DNA of 64,000 bases from a virus: IMG/VR virus record IMGVR_UViG_3300032516_000005; one strand, 5' to 3'. Below the pieces are notes generated by a model. That model did no database searches. It worked only from the letters and a program-made list of their open reading frames with translations, and was not told the origin of the DNA. The position numbers were made by a program, and so were the translations under genes. Position 1 is the first letter of the stretch; each line of letters opens with the position of its first letter. Shown here piece after piece: positions 44,996-52,615 of the stretch.

Positions 44996-45213
44996 TGGAC
45001 GAGCAGTGCTCACCCAAGTCACGTGGTGCACGCGCCGTTGATGGCGCACTGCTCGGCGCTGTCGTCGGGATCTTGAGCGGCGCGATCATGAGCGCCCTCA
45101 TTCTCGGAGTCGATCGCAGTGCCAAGAAGGGTGCCTTGGTCGTCTCGCTGGGCATCTTCGGGTTCGCCGTCGTTGGTCAAGCGATCGCAACAGCTGCACC
45201 GCCCGAGTGCTAG
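44995..45213 (+). CDS. Gly-zipper hairpin protein ending PPEC
   Basis: TGATG coupling; Cys, two GxxxG TMs. Confidence 0.7.
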   Translation: MDEQCSPKSRGARAVDGALLGAVVGILSGAIMSALILGVDRSAKKGALVVSLGIFGFAVVGQAIATAAPPEC

Positions 45214-45283
45214 CGTGGCGCTCTCAGCGCGGTTCACAGTGCGAAGTCGTCCATCTGTTGCGTCGCGAGTTCCCTGAGCGCCA

Positions 45284-45478
45284 TCACTTATTCTGCTCCC
45301 ATCGAATGAGGGCGCGGAGGCGACGCGCCGGAACTTCCTGTTCTCGCTTGAGGTGTCCACGAACGATCCAGTGCCAGCTCGGGCGATCGCTCGCGCGCAC
45401 GTAGCGTGCGTTGTTCCACGACGCATGACGGCCGGCATCCCTGTACTCGATGAGCTGGCCTGGGTAGAAGGTCTTCAC
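45284..45478 (-). CDS. Small SH3-like hypothetical protein
   Basis: FYPGQLIEY...W...V...V..RRLR. Confidence 0.45.
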   Translation of the reverse strand: MKTFYPGQLIEYRDAGRHASWNNARYVRASDRPSWHWIVRGHLKREQEVPARRLRALIRWEQNK

Positions 45479-45624
45479 AGCTTGAACTGTCGACAGCCGG
45501 CGATGCCCCAGTGTGCCTGGCCGGTACGTCCACAGCGCTTGCACAGCGCACGGTAGTCGTTGCCGCCAACACCGCGTACGAACCACCGCAGACTCGCCAA
45601 GATGCGCTTGATCATCGTCATGGC

Positions 45625-45849
45625 CTAATCCTTCCCCGGTCCTTCGTCGTCGCGCCACACGTCGAGTGCCTCTGCGGCAGCCTCCATAGCGTTCTGCGCC
45701 GCGGTCAGCTCGGCGTCGGCCGTCGCGATGAGATCATCGTCGGCGTCAGCCGGGAGTTTGTTGTGGACGTCGAACGCGGTGTACAGCCGCTCGCCGGCAT
45801 CGCGTTGGCGCTGGCGTAGTCGATCGAGGCCGACGGTGTTACGTCTCAC
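45625..45849 (-). CDS. Hypothetical helical protein
   Basis: GTGA coupling with the upstream gene. Confidence 0.5.
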   Translation of the reverse strand: MRRNTVGLDRLRQRQRDAGERLYTAFDVHNKLPADADDDLIATADAELTAAQNAMEAAAEALDVWRDDEGPGKD

Positions 45850-46334
45850 AGCGCACCGCCTGGCGTCGCCAGGTACAGCGCCAGTGACCGCACGCCGTTG
45901 GTTTGCGTGAGTGCCTCTGCGCCATGCTGGGTGAGCCACGCAATGATGTTTGTCTCGATCACGAGGCGCGCGTTGTTGATGCTCGCCTGGTGCGCGGCAG
46001 TTTCGCGCTCGGCGCACTCGACCTCGTGGCGCCAGTCGGTGAAGACCTGAAACGCAGCGCAGATGTCACGCGCGATCATGTGGTGCAGACACTCGATTGC
46101 GGTCTTCAGTGACGTCGTGTAGTCGTTCACCCTCGGCCAGTGCCGATGCGACAGGCGATGGAACCCGCGGCCTCGGGTCAGGTCCGTGATCCACCGGCGC
46201 GTGGGCGCATCACCGGACCCGTAGCCCGTGTGCACGGTCTTGTGGATCTTGAACTGACCGCTCGTGGACAGGTACGCGCCGTCGGCTTGCTTGGCGAACT
46301 GGATCGGCGCTGTCTTGATGTCGAAGTCGATCAT
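45846..46334 (-). CDS. Hypothetical protein
   Basis: GAGGAG RBS before MIDFDIK. Confidence 0.6.
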   Translation of the reverse strand: MIDFDIKTAPIQFAKQADGAYLSTSGQFKIHKTVHTGYGSGDAPTRRWITDLTRGRGFHRLSHRHWPRVNDYTTSLKTAIECLHHMIARDICAAFQVFTDWRHEVECAERETAAHQASINNARLVIETNIIAWLTQHGAEALTQTNGVRSLALYLATPGGAL

Positions 46335-46663
46335 GACTTGACTCCTCGCACGTAGAACCGCCCGAGGTCGGACAAGAAAACCCAGTGCTCCCCGCGAATC
46401 CGTGCGTGCTCGACGAGTGCACCACGCTTCTTTTCGATGCACGTGAGATCGCGCTTGTGGTTGTGCGTGATTTCGCGCATCCGCCGCCCGCCGTTCGGGC
46501 TTTGGCTGATCCACTCCAGGGTATAGCCCTGATCGCCCGTCAGCCATGAGCCAGGCAGCTCGACCAGCGCGCGCAGGTACGTCACGCGGTCGAGCAGCGA
46601 CTGCGATGGATACGTGACCAGCTCGGCTTCGGCGCGCTTGAGCTGAAGTTTGTAGCCTTGCAC
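46331..46663 (-). CDS. Hypothetical protein
   Basis: Packed between neighbours, coupled stop/start. Confidence 0.5.
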   Translation of the reverse strand: MQGYKLQLKRAEAELVTYPSQSLLDRVTYLRALVELPGSWLTGDQGYTLEWISQSPNGGRRMREITHNHKRDLTCIEKKRGALVEHARIRGEHWVFLSDLGRFYVRGVKS

Positions 46664-46665
46664 GA

Positions 46666-47112
46666 CTAGTAGCCCCCGCCGTCCGCGCACTCGGGACCGA
46701 GACCGCGCGCGATGCTCTCGGGCACCGTCAGCGCGAGCCCGCAGCGCCCGCACTTGCCCTCGTGCCAGACCTCGCACCCAGGCGGCAGCTCGCCCTTCGC
46801 GATGAACGACCAGGCCCACGCAAAGCCCTTGGCCGACGAAGCCTCGGACGTGACAGTCGATTTGCGGCCGTGGCGGTAGGTGACGCCGTCCTCGAAGATC
46901 GTCCCGAGGAACGTGTAGTCGTCGTTGTTGTTGCGGCCCGTCAGGACCGACACGAACCACGGCGGCGTCGGAGCCTCGCCCTTCGCGACCTTTTTAGCCT
47001 TGATGCGGAACGTGAACCGCGTGCCCGTCTTGACGCTGACCAGGGTCAGGCGCGCCTTGCCGGCGAGCGCGAAGGTCCGAGCAGCGGTTCCGGTAGCGAT
47101 CTGGGTGGTCAT
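46666..47112 (-). CDS. DUF6011-like Zn-finger protein
   Basis: HEGKCGRCGLALTVPESIARGLGPECA; CAGGAG RBS. Confidence 0.8.
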   Translation of the reverse strand: MTTQIATGTAARTFALAGKARLTLVSVKTGTRFTFRIKAKKVAKGEAPTPPWFVSVLTGRNNNDDYTFLGTIFEDGVTYRHGRKSTVTSEASSAKGFAWAWSFIAKGELPPGCEVWHEGKCGRCGLALTVPESIARGLGPECADGGGY

Positions 47113-47135
47113 AGTCAATTCTCCTGTGCCCCTAT

Positions 47136-47176
47136 GACGTCGGGGCGGGACGCCCATTCAAACAAAGCGAGAGTTA
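47136..47176 (-). promoter_or_regulatory. Conserved ECF-like promoter, copy 1
   Basis: TAACTCTCGCTTTGTTTGAAT-N16-CGTC. Confidence 0.7.
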
Positions 47177-47181
47177 CTTGC

Positions 47182-48117
47182 TCAGGCCTTGCGGGGGAAC
47201 GCCTGGGGCGTCCAAGTGTCGATTTTCTCAGTCAAATCGGCAATGTGTCGGGTCAGGGACGTGATGTGCCCTTCCAGCGTCAGGCGCTGGGACGCGATCT
47301 CCTGCTTGAACTCGCGCGATCCCTTCAGCGCCGTCGCGTACTCGGGCACGTACTGCCCGTGCCGCAGCCCCGGGCGCGTCTCGTACGTGCCTCGGCCGGT
47401 CTGGTACTGGACCTTGGTGAGCGTCGCGAGGCCCGCCAGCTGGCCCTGGCGCAGCTTCAGCGAGCTTTGGACGATGCCCCGGTACATCTTGGTCCCCTCG
47501 CACGAGACCTCGTAGGGCGCGTAGCCAACGCCGTAGCAGTCCCCGTGGATCATGCCGTCGCCGGGTCGCTCGTAGCCGTGGTGAACCATCTTGGCCCCAG
47601 TGGTCTTGTCGGCAATGTAGTCGCCGAAGCAGCACGGGCAGATCCCGCAACGCTGGCCACGATCCTCGAAGTCCTTCGCGACCTTCGCGACCTTCGCGCG
47701 GGTCTTCGCACCCTCGCGCGCGAGCTTGGCGATCACTTCGATCGCCTTGCGGACGGTGCGAACGAAGCGGTAGCCCTCGCTGGTCTGGTCGAAGCGCAGC
47801 GTGTGCCACGAGCCGTCGGCGTAGCGCGCGACGTAACGCGCCTTGGTCTCGGGGTCGAGCGCGCAGGTCTGCGAGTCGAAGCCGTCGGGCTTGACGTCGT
47901 CGATCTTCTGCACGAGCAACTCGTCGCGGTAGAGGCCGCGCACGACGTACTCCTGGTGCTTTTTGAAGTTGCCGCCGTAGCCGCCCTTCGAGTGCACGAT
48001 GAACGGCGGGCACGCGGTGTAGCGCGTCGCGCGCTTGTCCATGACCGTCGTCGTCGCCGGCACGGCGTGGTACGCGCGCGGCCAGGTCTCGGGGGTCTCG
48101 ATGTAGTAGGTGGTCAT
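47182..48117 (-). CDS. Hypothetical protein with Zn-binding motif
   Basis: GICPCC...MVHHGYERPG.G..HGDC.G...PYE. Confidence 0.75.
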   Translation of the reverse strand: MTTYYIETPETWPRAYHAVPATTTVMDKRATRYTACPPFIVHSKGGYGGNFKKHQEYVVRGLYRDELLVQKIDDVKPDGFDSQTCALDPETKARYVARYADGSWHTLRFDQTSEGYRFVRTVRKAIEVIAKLAREGAKTRAKVAKVAKDFEDRGQRCGICPCCFGDYIADKTTGAKMVHHGYERPGDGMIHGDCYGVGYAPYEVSCEGTKMYRGIVQSSLKLRQGQLAGLATLTKVQYQTGRGTYETRPGLRHGQYVPEYATALKGSREFKQEIASQRLTLEGHITSLTRHIADLTEKIDTWTPQAFPRKA

Positions 48118-48125
48118 GGCGGTAG

Positions 48126-48166
48126 GACGGGTGCTTAGGGCAGGTATTCAAACAAAGCGAGAGTTA
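48126..48166 (-). promoter_or_regulatory. Conserved ECF-like promoter, copy 2
   Basis: TAACTCTCGCTTTGTTTGAAT-N16-CGTC. Confidence 0.7.
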
Positions 48167-48342
48167 GTGGCCAGGCCAGGTGCGCGACGCACTACGTCGA
48201 CACCGCTACAGTTGAGCGATCGGTCGAGGTGTTTGTCGCCGTCCGCAACGGCAGCGTTGCCGTCGCGGTACCAGCGGCCATGCCGCTTGCAGGTCCGGCA
48301 CTCGTACCGGAGGAAGTGGTTCGCGGTGGTCGTCATGGTCAT
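48148..48342 (-). CDS. Small Zn-finger-like protein
   Basis: GAGGAG RBS; CRTC...H...C. Confidence 0.5.
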   Translation of the reverse strand: MTMTTTANHFLRYECRTCKRHGRWYRDGNAAVADGDKHLDRSLNCSGVDVVRRAPGLATNSRFV

Positions 48343-48347
48343 GCTCC

Positions 48348-48890
48348 TCAAGTCAGTTCGTCCATGTGGGACGCCTGCATGTCGTCGTTGTGTTCTTCAT
48401 CGCCGAACGCGTGCCCGCAGGAGCACTTGACCATCACGGTCGCGTGGTAGCCGTAGAACGTCTTCGTCCCGCGGCCCTTGCCCTCGGTCCGCGAAGTCTG
48501 CTCGGCCTCGACCTCGACCTCCAGCTCGCACGCCTCGTGCGCATCCTCGAAGGCTTCGCGCGTCGCCGCCTGGCAGGTGCAGTGCTCGGACGCCTGACCA
48601 GCACACGCGGAGCATGCCAGCTGCGCCTTGGCCAACGCGTCAGCGAGCTTGTCGACCTTGGCCTCAGCCACGGTCTTCGCGTGCGCCGCGACGACCTCGG
48701 TCATGTCGACGTCGAGATCAAAGTTCGCCTCCTTGAGTTCCGTCCCGCACTCGGCGCAGGTCAGGTAGACCCGCACCGTTCCCGAGACGCGGCCCTCGGC
48801 ATCGACGTCCGCGTCGTCCGCTTCGGGGTCGTTCGAGTCGTCGAACGAGACGAACTTGTTACAGTCGGAGCAGCGCATTACGGTCCCCAC
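48348..48890 (-). CDS. Acidic multi-CxxC protein
   Basis: CSDC, CAEC, CSAC, CSCG; start may be MRCSD. Confidence 0.7.
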   Translation of the reverse strand: MGTVMRCSDCNKFVSFDDSNDPEADDADVDAEGRVSGTVRVYLTCAECGTELKEANFDLDVDMTEVVAAHAKTVAEAKVDKLADALAKAQLACSACAGQASEHCTCQAATREAFEDAHEACELEVEVEAEQTSRTEGKGRGTKTFYGYHATVMVKCSCGHAFGDEEHNDDMQASHMDELT

Positions 48891-49294
48891 TTCGCCGTGA
48901 ACGCTTCGTGGGCGGCGTCTTCGCCCATCTTCGCGTCATGCACGGCTCGGTAGTCGGTATCCGTGCCGCTCGCGTTTGCCACGAGTGCGGCGCGCACTGC
49001 AGCCGCGGTGGCTCGCATAAGCACGTCGAGGTCAGCCCTGAATTCTTGCTTCTTGTTCATGGTCAGCTCCTTGCTTGCTTGTACGACGGTCAGGCCAGGC
49101 ACCATGCAGGCGTCTAGGAATGCCGCCCGGTCAAACGTTTTGTGCCGTGCAGTCATGGCGTCAGCCATGTGGCGCGCGACGACGTTGAGCGTCTCGATCG
49201 CCGTTCGCACGTGCTCGCTCGTATAGGCGGTTTGTGCATGGGCGCGCGCATACGAAAATGCAAGTGCGATCGCGGCGACGTCTTTCGGCGACAC
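48878..49294 (-). CDS. Hypothetical protein
   Basis: FDRAAFLDAC motif common in phage small proteins; internal AAGGAG-ATG at MNKKQ. Confidence 0.6.
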   Translation of the reverse strand: MSPKDVAAIALAFSYARAHAQTAYTSEHVRTAIETLNVVARHMADAMTARHKTFDRAAFLDACMVPGLTVVQASKELTMNKKQEFRADLDVLMRATAAAVRAALVANASGTDTDYRAVHDAKMGEDAAHEAFTAKWGP

Positions 49295-49296
49295 GA

Positions 49297-49572
49297 CTAG
49301 ACCTTTCCCGTCGGCCTGATCATCGCGTTGATGTCTGCCGCAGCGTCTGCCGCAGCAACAATCGCGACATGTTCGGCGCTGGCACGAGCAGCGCTGGCAT
49401 GGGCGCGCACGGCGCGAGCCGCCAGCGCTTCGTGCGCCTTGATCACTGCAGCCAAGTGCGCTGCGCTTGTCTCGACTTGACGATCCAGTTCCCTGGCGTA
49501 CCCCACGGCGCTCTCGGCCGCGACGCGTGCGGCAAGCTGGGTTCGTTCAGTCTTGGTGAGACGACGCGACAT
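49297..49572 (-). CDS. Ala-rich coiled-coil protein
   Basis: AAGGAG RBS. Confidence 0.65.
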   Translation of the reverse strand: MSRRLTKTERTQLAARVAAESAVGYARELDRQVETSAAHLAAVIKAHEALAARAVRAHASAARASAEHVAIVAAADAAADINAMIRPTGKV

Positions 49573-49627
49573 GATTCACTCCTTAGCGAGAGCTTGTTGT
49601 CAGTAACAGTCGGGTTCCGCCTGTAAA

Positions 49628-49669
49628 GACGCCCGGTGACCGTCCTGTATTCAAACAAGTCGAGAGTAA
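49628..49669 (-). promoter_or_regulatory. Conserved ECF-like promoter, copy 3
   Basis: TTACTCTCGACTTGTTTGAAT-N17-CGTC. Confidence 0.65.
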
Positions 49670-49765
49670 GTGCACAATCTCGTAAGTATCTGTTTTCAGG
49701 CCCAAAAACAGGGCAGATCCCGCCTACTTGCGCGCAGAAGACCGGACGCCAGGCACGGGATCACT

Positions 49766-49903
49766 CCTGGGAATCGGCCTGGGAATCGGCCTGGGAATCG
49801 GCCTGGGAATCGGCCTGGGAATCGGCCTGGGAATCGGCCTGGGAATCGGCCTGGGAATCGGCCTGGGAATCGGCCTGGGAATCGGCCTGGGAATCGGCCT
49901 GGG
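49766..49903. repeat. Perfect 12-bp tandem array (CCTGGGAATCGG) x 11.5
   Basis: Directly visible, no spacers, intergenic. Confidence 0.95.
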
Positions 49904-49907
49904 TCAG

Positions 49908-50162
49908 CTAGACCCGCGCCGCGGTCGCGGCGCTTTGGCTCACACGACGGGCGCGCCGTGCCGACAACCTGTCGGGACGGATCACGTGGCAGCCGTAGTA
50001 ACGCTCCAGTGCACGGATCTCGCGCTCGGTCATGTCACGCAGCGTTCGAAGCTTCGTGGCTTCGCGTAGCGCTGCAAACTCGTCGACGGTGCGCGCACGC
50101 GTCGCGGTAGCGCCCTTGTTGTAGCCCCAGGTCGGTCCCTCGGCAGTTTTCTTGTGCGCCAT
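49908..50162 (-). CDS. Small basic hypothetical protein
   Basis: 84-aa ORF divergent from 50233. Confidence 0.5.
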   Translation of the reverse strand: MAHKKTAEGPTWGYNKGATATRARTVDEFAALREATKLRTLRDMTEREIRALERYYGCHVIRPDRLSARRARRVSQSAATAARV

Positions 50163-50186
50163 CGTATGCGGGGGACGCTAACCCGC

Positions 50187-50225
50187 GATCGCTCCTGTGA
50201 TCAAGTAGCGGTTTGGGTGTAGAAT
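50187..50225 (+). promoter_or_regulatory. Operator-like variant plus -10 box
   Basis: GATCGCTCCTGTGATC at 50187-50202; TAGAAT-N7-ATG. Confidence 0.65.
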
Positions 50226-50232
50226 CAGCCCC

Positions 50233-50910
50233 ATGCTCACCATTGGATCCGAGACCATGGCCCTCGTCAGGCACCCTGAAACCGTTGTCGTGCAAGCTGG
50301 CGGCGGTTTCGTTCAGAACGTTCCGTGGAACGTGCCTGGATTCGGTGGCTACATGAGCGCGGACACGCAGTTGATGGGCGGCAACGACGCTCCCATGTTC
50401 GGTGCGGTCGGCTTGACGGAAAACGATAAGAAGCAGCTCGCGGAGCGGATCGTCTTCGCGCACTTCGTCCCTGACATCCAAGCGATCCTCGAAGTGGTCA
50501 CAGTCGCCGAACGTCAGGAAGTCGCTGCACGTGCGGTCGCGCTCGGCGCCAACGCGGGTCAAGTACGGCAGGCGCTCGCCAACATTGAGCAGGGTACAGG
50601 CGGTACAGGTACAGGTACAGGTACAGGCTTCAAGCTGTTCTCCACTCCGTTGCCGATGCCGGCGCGGATCATCTGGGGCGTTTTGAGCACCGCTTCGTTT
50701 GCCGTGAGCGTCTACCACGGCTACAAGCGCAACGACTCCATCGGCTGGGCGATCTGGTGGGGCTTCATGGGCGGTCTGTTCCCCGTCATCACGCCGACGA
50801 TCGCGTTCGCACAGGGCTTCGCGCAGCCAAAGCGGGAGCGTGCAGGCTTCGGCCGCGCGAAGCTGCGGGCGTATCGCGGCCGCGGTCGCAGCCGGCGGTA
50901 CGGAGCCTGA
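50233..50910 (+). CDS. Two-TM putative virion protein
   Basis: PGFGG, MFGA, TM-YHGYKRNDSIGWAIWWG-TM, AGFG plus Arg-rich tail. Confidence 0.75.
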   Translation: MLTIGSETMALVRHPETVVVQAGGGFVQNVPWNVPGFGGYMSADTQLMGGNDAPMFGAVGLTENDKKQLAERIVFAHFVPDIQAILEVVTVAERQEVAARAVALGANAGQVRQALANIEQGTGGTGTGTGTGFKLFSTPLPMPARIIWGVLSTASFAVSVYHGYKRNDSIGWAIWWGFMGGLFPVITPTIAFAQGFAQPKRERAGFGRAKLRAYRGRGRSRRYGA

Positions 50911-50912
50911 GC

Positions 50913-51845
50913 ATGGCGACGGCGTTCTGCTATCCGTCGTTCCATGCGACGTTCGCGCCGCTCGTCGGCGGCGCCGCCGATCAGCGCTTTCTGTTTTCGG
51001 GTTGCAGCGTCAATTTCGAAGGCAACATCCCGTGCGCGCCCGAGGCCATGCGTGCAAGCGCCGAGAGGCAGCTCCAAACGTCAGGTTTCTGGCCGGTCGG
51101 CAAGCCGCTCGATCTCGCGACGTACACGCTCGCGCGCAACATCCAGAGCGAGGTCGGTGGCGGAACGGTCGAGGAACGTGTCGCTATCGGTGAATCGACG
51201 GTCAACCAAGGCAAGCTGCGAGGCCTGTCGCCACGCGATGCTGCACTAGCTGTTGCATTGTTTCGTCAACCGAGTCGGTTGTACGGCGCGATCAATACGC
51301 CCAGTGGGGGCAGTCTCGGCACGGGCCGGTTTACGTCGACAAACGCCGACCCGAACATCTTGACGACGCTCCTAGCTGATCTCGTCATCACAGGCCAGAG
51401 CGGTAACTTCAGCCAAGGTGCCGTCGATCAGGACGGTCTCGAATTCCGATCGTCGTTCCCAATTCCGATGAATCGAATCTTGAGCGAAGCGCAGAGCGGC
51501 AAGTTCTGGGTCGGTCCCTTGCCTGGTGTCGACCATTGGCACACGACGCTGTTCAATAAGCTCAATGTCAGTGCAGCGTCGCCGCAAGGAATTTTGCTGA
51601 TCGAACGCGCACGACAGTTCTTTGGCGCGCCCATCTACACAGGCAACCGCGTCGCGGCGAGCATGCGTCCAGTCTGGGCGGCAAACTTACCGATCTGCAG
51701 CAGCGTTTCGAGCACCGCTCCGTCGGGCCGTAGCGACTTCGCGAACTTCCTGATCGGTATGGGCGCCGTTGGCGGGCTGATTGGCCTCGGTTGGCTGTCA
51801 CTGCGCGTCGCGAAGAATCTGGCACAAGGACCCGCCGGTCGATGA
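50913..51845 (+). CDS. SleB/Hydrolase_2-like cell-wall hydrolase with C-terminal anchor
   Basis: TLARNIQSEVGG...ERVAIG...VN (catalytic Glu pattern); shared TM anchor. Confidence 0.6.
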   Translation: MATAFCYPSFHATFAPLVGGAADQRFLFSGCSVNFEGNIPCAPEAMRASAERQLQTSGFWPVGKPLDLATYTLARNIQSEVGGGTVEERVAIGESTVNQGKLRGLSPRDAALAVALFRQPSRLYGAINTPSGGSLGTGRFTSTNADPNILTTLLADLVITGQSGNFSQGAVDQDGLEFRSSFPIPMNRILSEAQSGKFWVGPLPGVDHWHTTLFNKLNVSAASPQGILLIERARQFFGAPIYTGNRVAASMRPVWAANLPICSSVSSTAPSGRSDFANFLIGMGAVGGLIGLGWLSLRVAKNLAQGPAGR

Positions 51846-52615
51846 ACGTTGTCGGTGAACGCATCCTGATCGTCGGCGACAGTCTGTCGCATCCAGGCCC
51901 CGACAAAGGCCCGTCGATCGTCGACATCACGACGCCGATCGGTGTGTCATCGGCGCCAGGCGAGCTGATCGCACGGCAGCTGCTTGCAGCCGGCGCACAG
52001 GCTGCGCGTGTCAACGCCAAGGTCGGACGCTCGGCGCGAAGCTTCCTATCGACCGAGAGCACGTTGCTCGCGCGCGATCAGATCGAGTTCCGGCCGACCA
52101 AAGTCATCGTCTGGCTCGGCACCAACGACATCGACGGCGGCCTCACGCCCGCAGCACTCGCCTCGACAGCCAACGCCATGGCGCAGATCCGCGATGCGTA
52201 TCGAGCGATGGGCGCTGAGGTCTTTGCGCTCGGCCCGCCAACGTACCCGAACGCGCGCTACAACAACGCCGCGCCGATCATGTTCGACGTGATCCAGGAC
52301 GTCTTCGGTGTTGATCATACATTCGACATCCGGCCATTCACGCCAGGCGCTGCCCGAACAGGTGACGGCATTCACTTCACGGCGGCGGGTGCAGCTGCCG
52401 TTGCACCAGGCATCGCACAAATGCTCGCGGCGCCGACAACCACCGTCAGCGAACAGTCGGGTATGTCCAACGGTGTGAAGTTCGTACTTGGTTTCGTAGC
52501 CGTCGCAGGTCTTGCAGGGCTCGGTTGGTTCACGCTGGGTATCGCAAAGCGCGCCGCGCAACGGCCAGGGCTGGCCGCTCGTGCACGACGACGCCAAGCG
52601 AATGCCTACACCTGA
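51842..52615 (+). CDS. SGNH/GDSL hydrolase with C-terminal anchor
   Basis: ILIVGDSLS, AKVG, WLGTND, DGIHF blocks. Confidence 0.88.
   Translation: MNVVGERILIVGDSLSHPGPDKGPSIVDITTPIGVSSAPGELIARQLLAAGAQAARVNAKVGRSARSFLSTESTLLARDQIEFRPTKVIVWLGTNDIDGGLTPAALASTANAMAQIRDAYRAMGAEVFALGPPTYPNARYNNAAPIMFDVIQDVFGVDHTFDIRPFTPGAARTGDGIHFTAAGAAAVAPGIAQMLAAPTTTVSEQSGMSNGVKFVLGFVAVAGLAGLGWFTLGIAKRAAQRPGLAARARRRQANAYT

Noticed and set aside
49766-49903. CRISPR array or repeat-protein gene (WESA / GIGL / GNRP ORFs)
   Set aside because: 12-bp units with no spacers and no cas genes; the ORFs are just the three readings of the repeat
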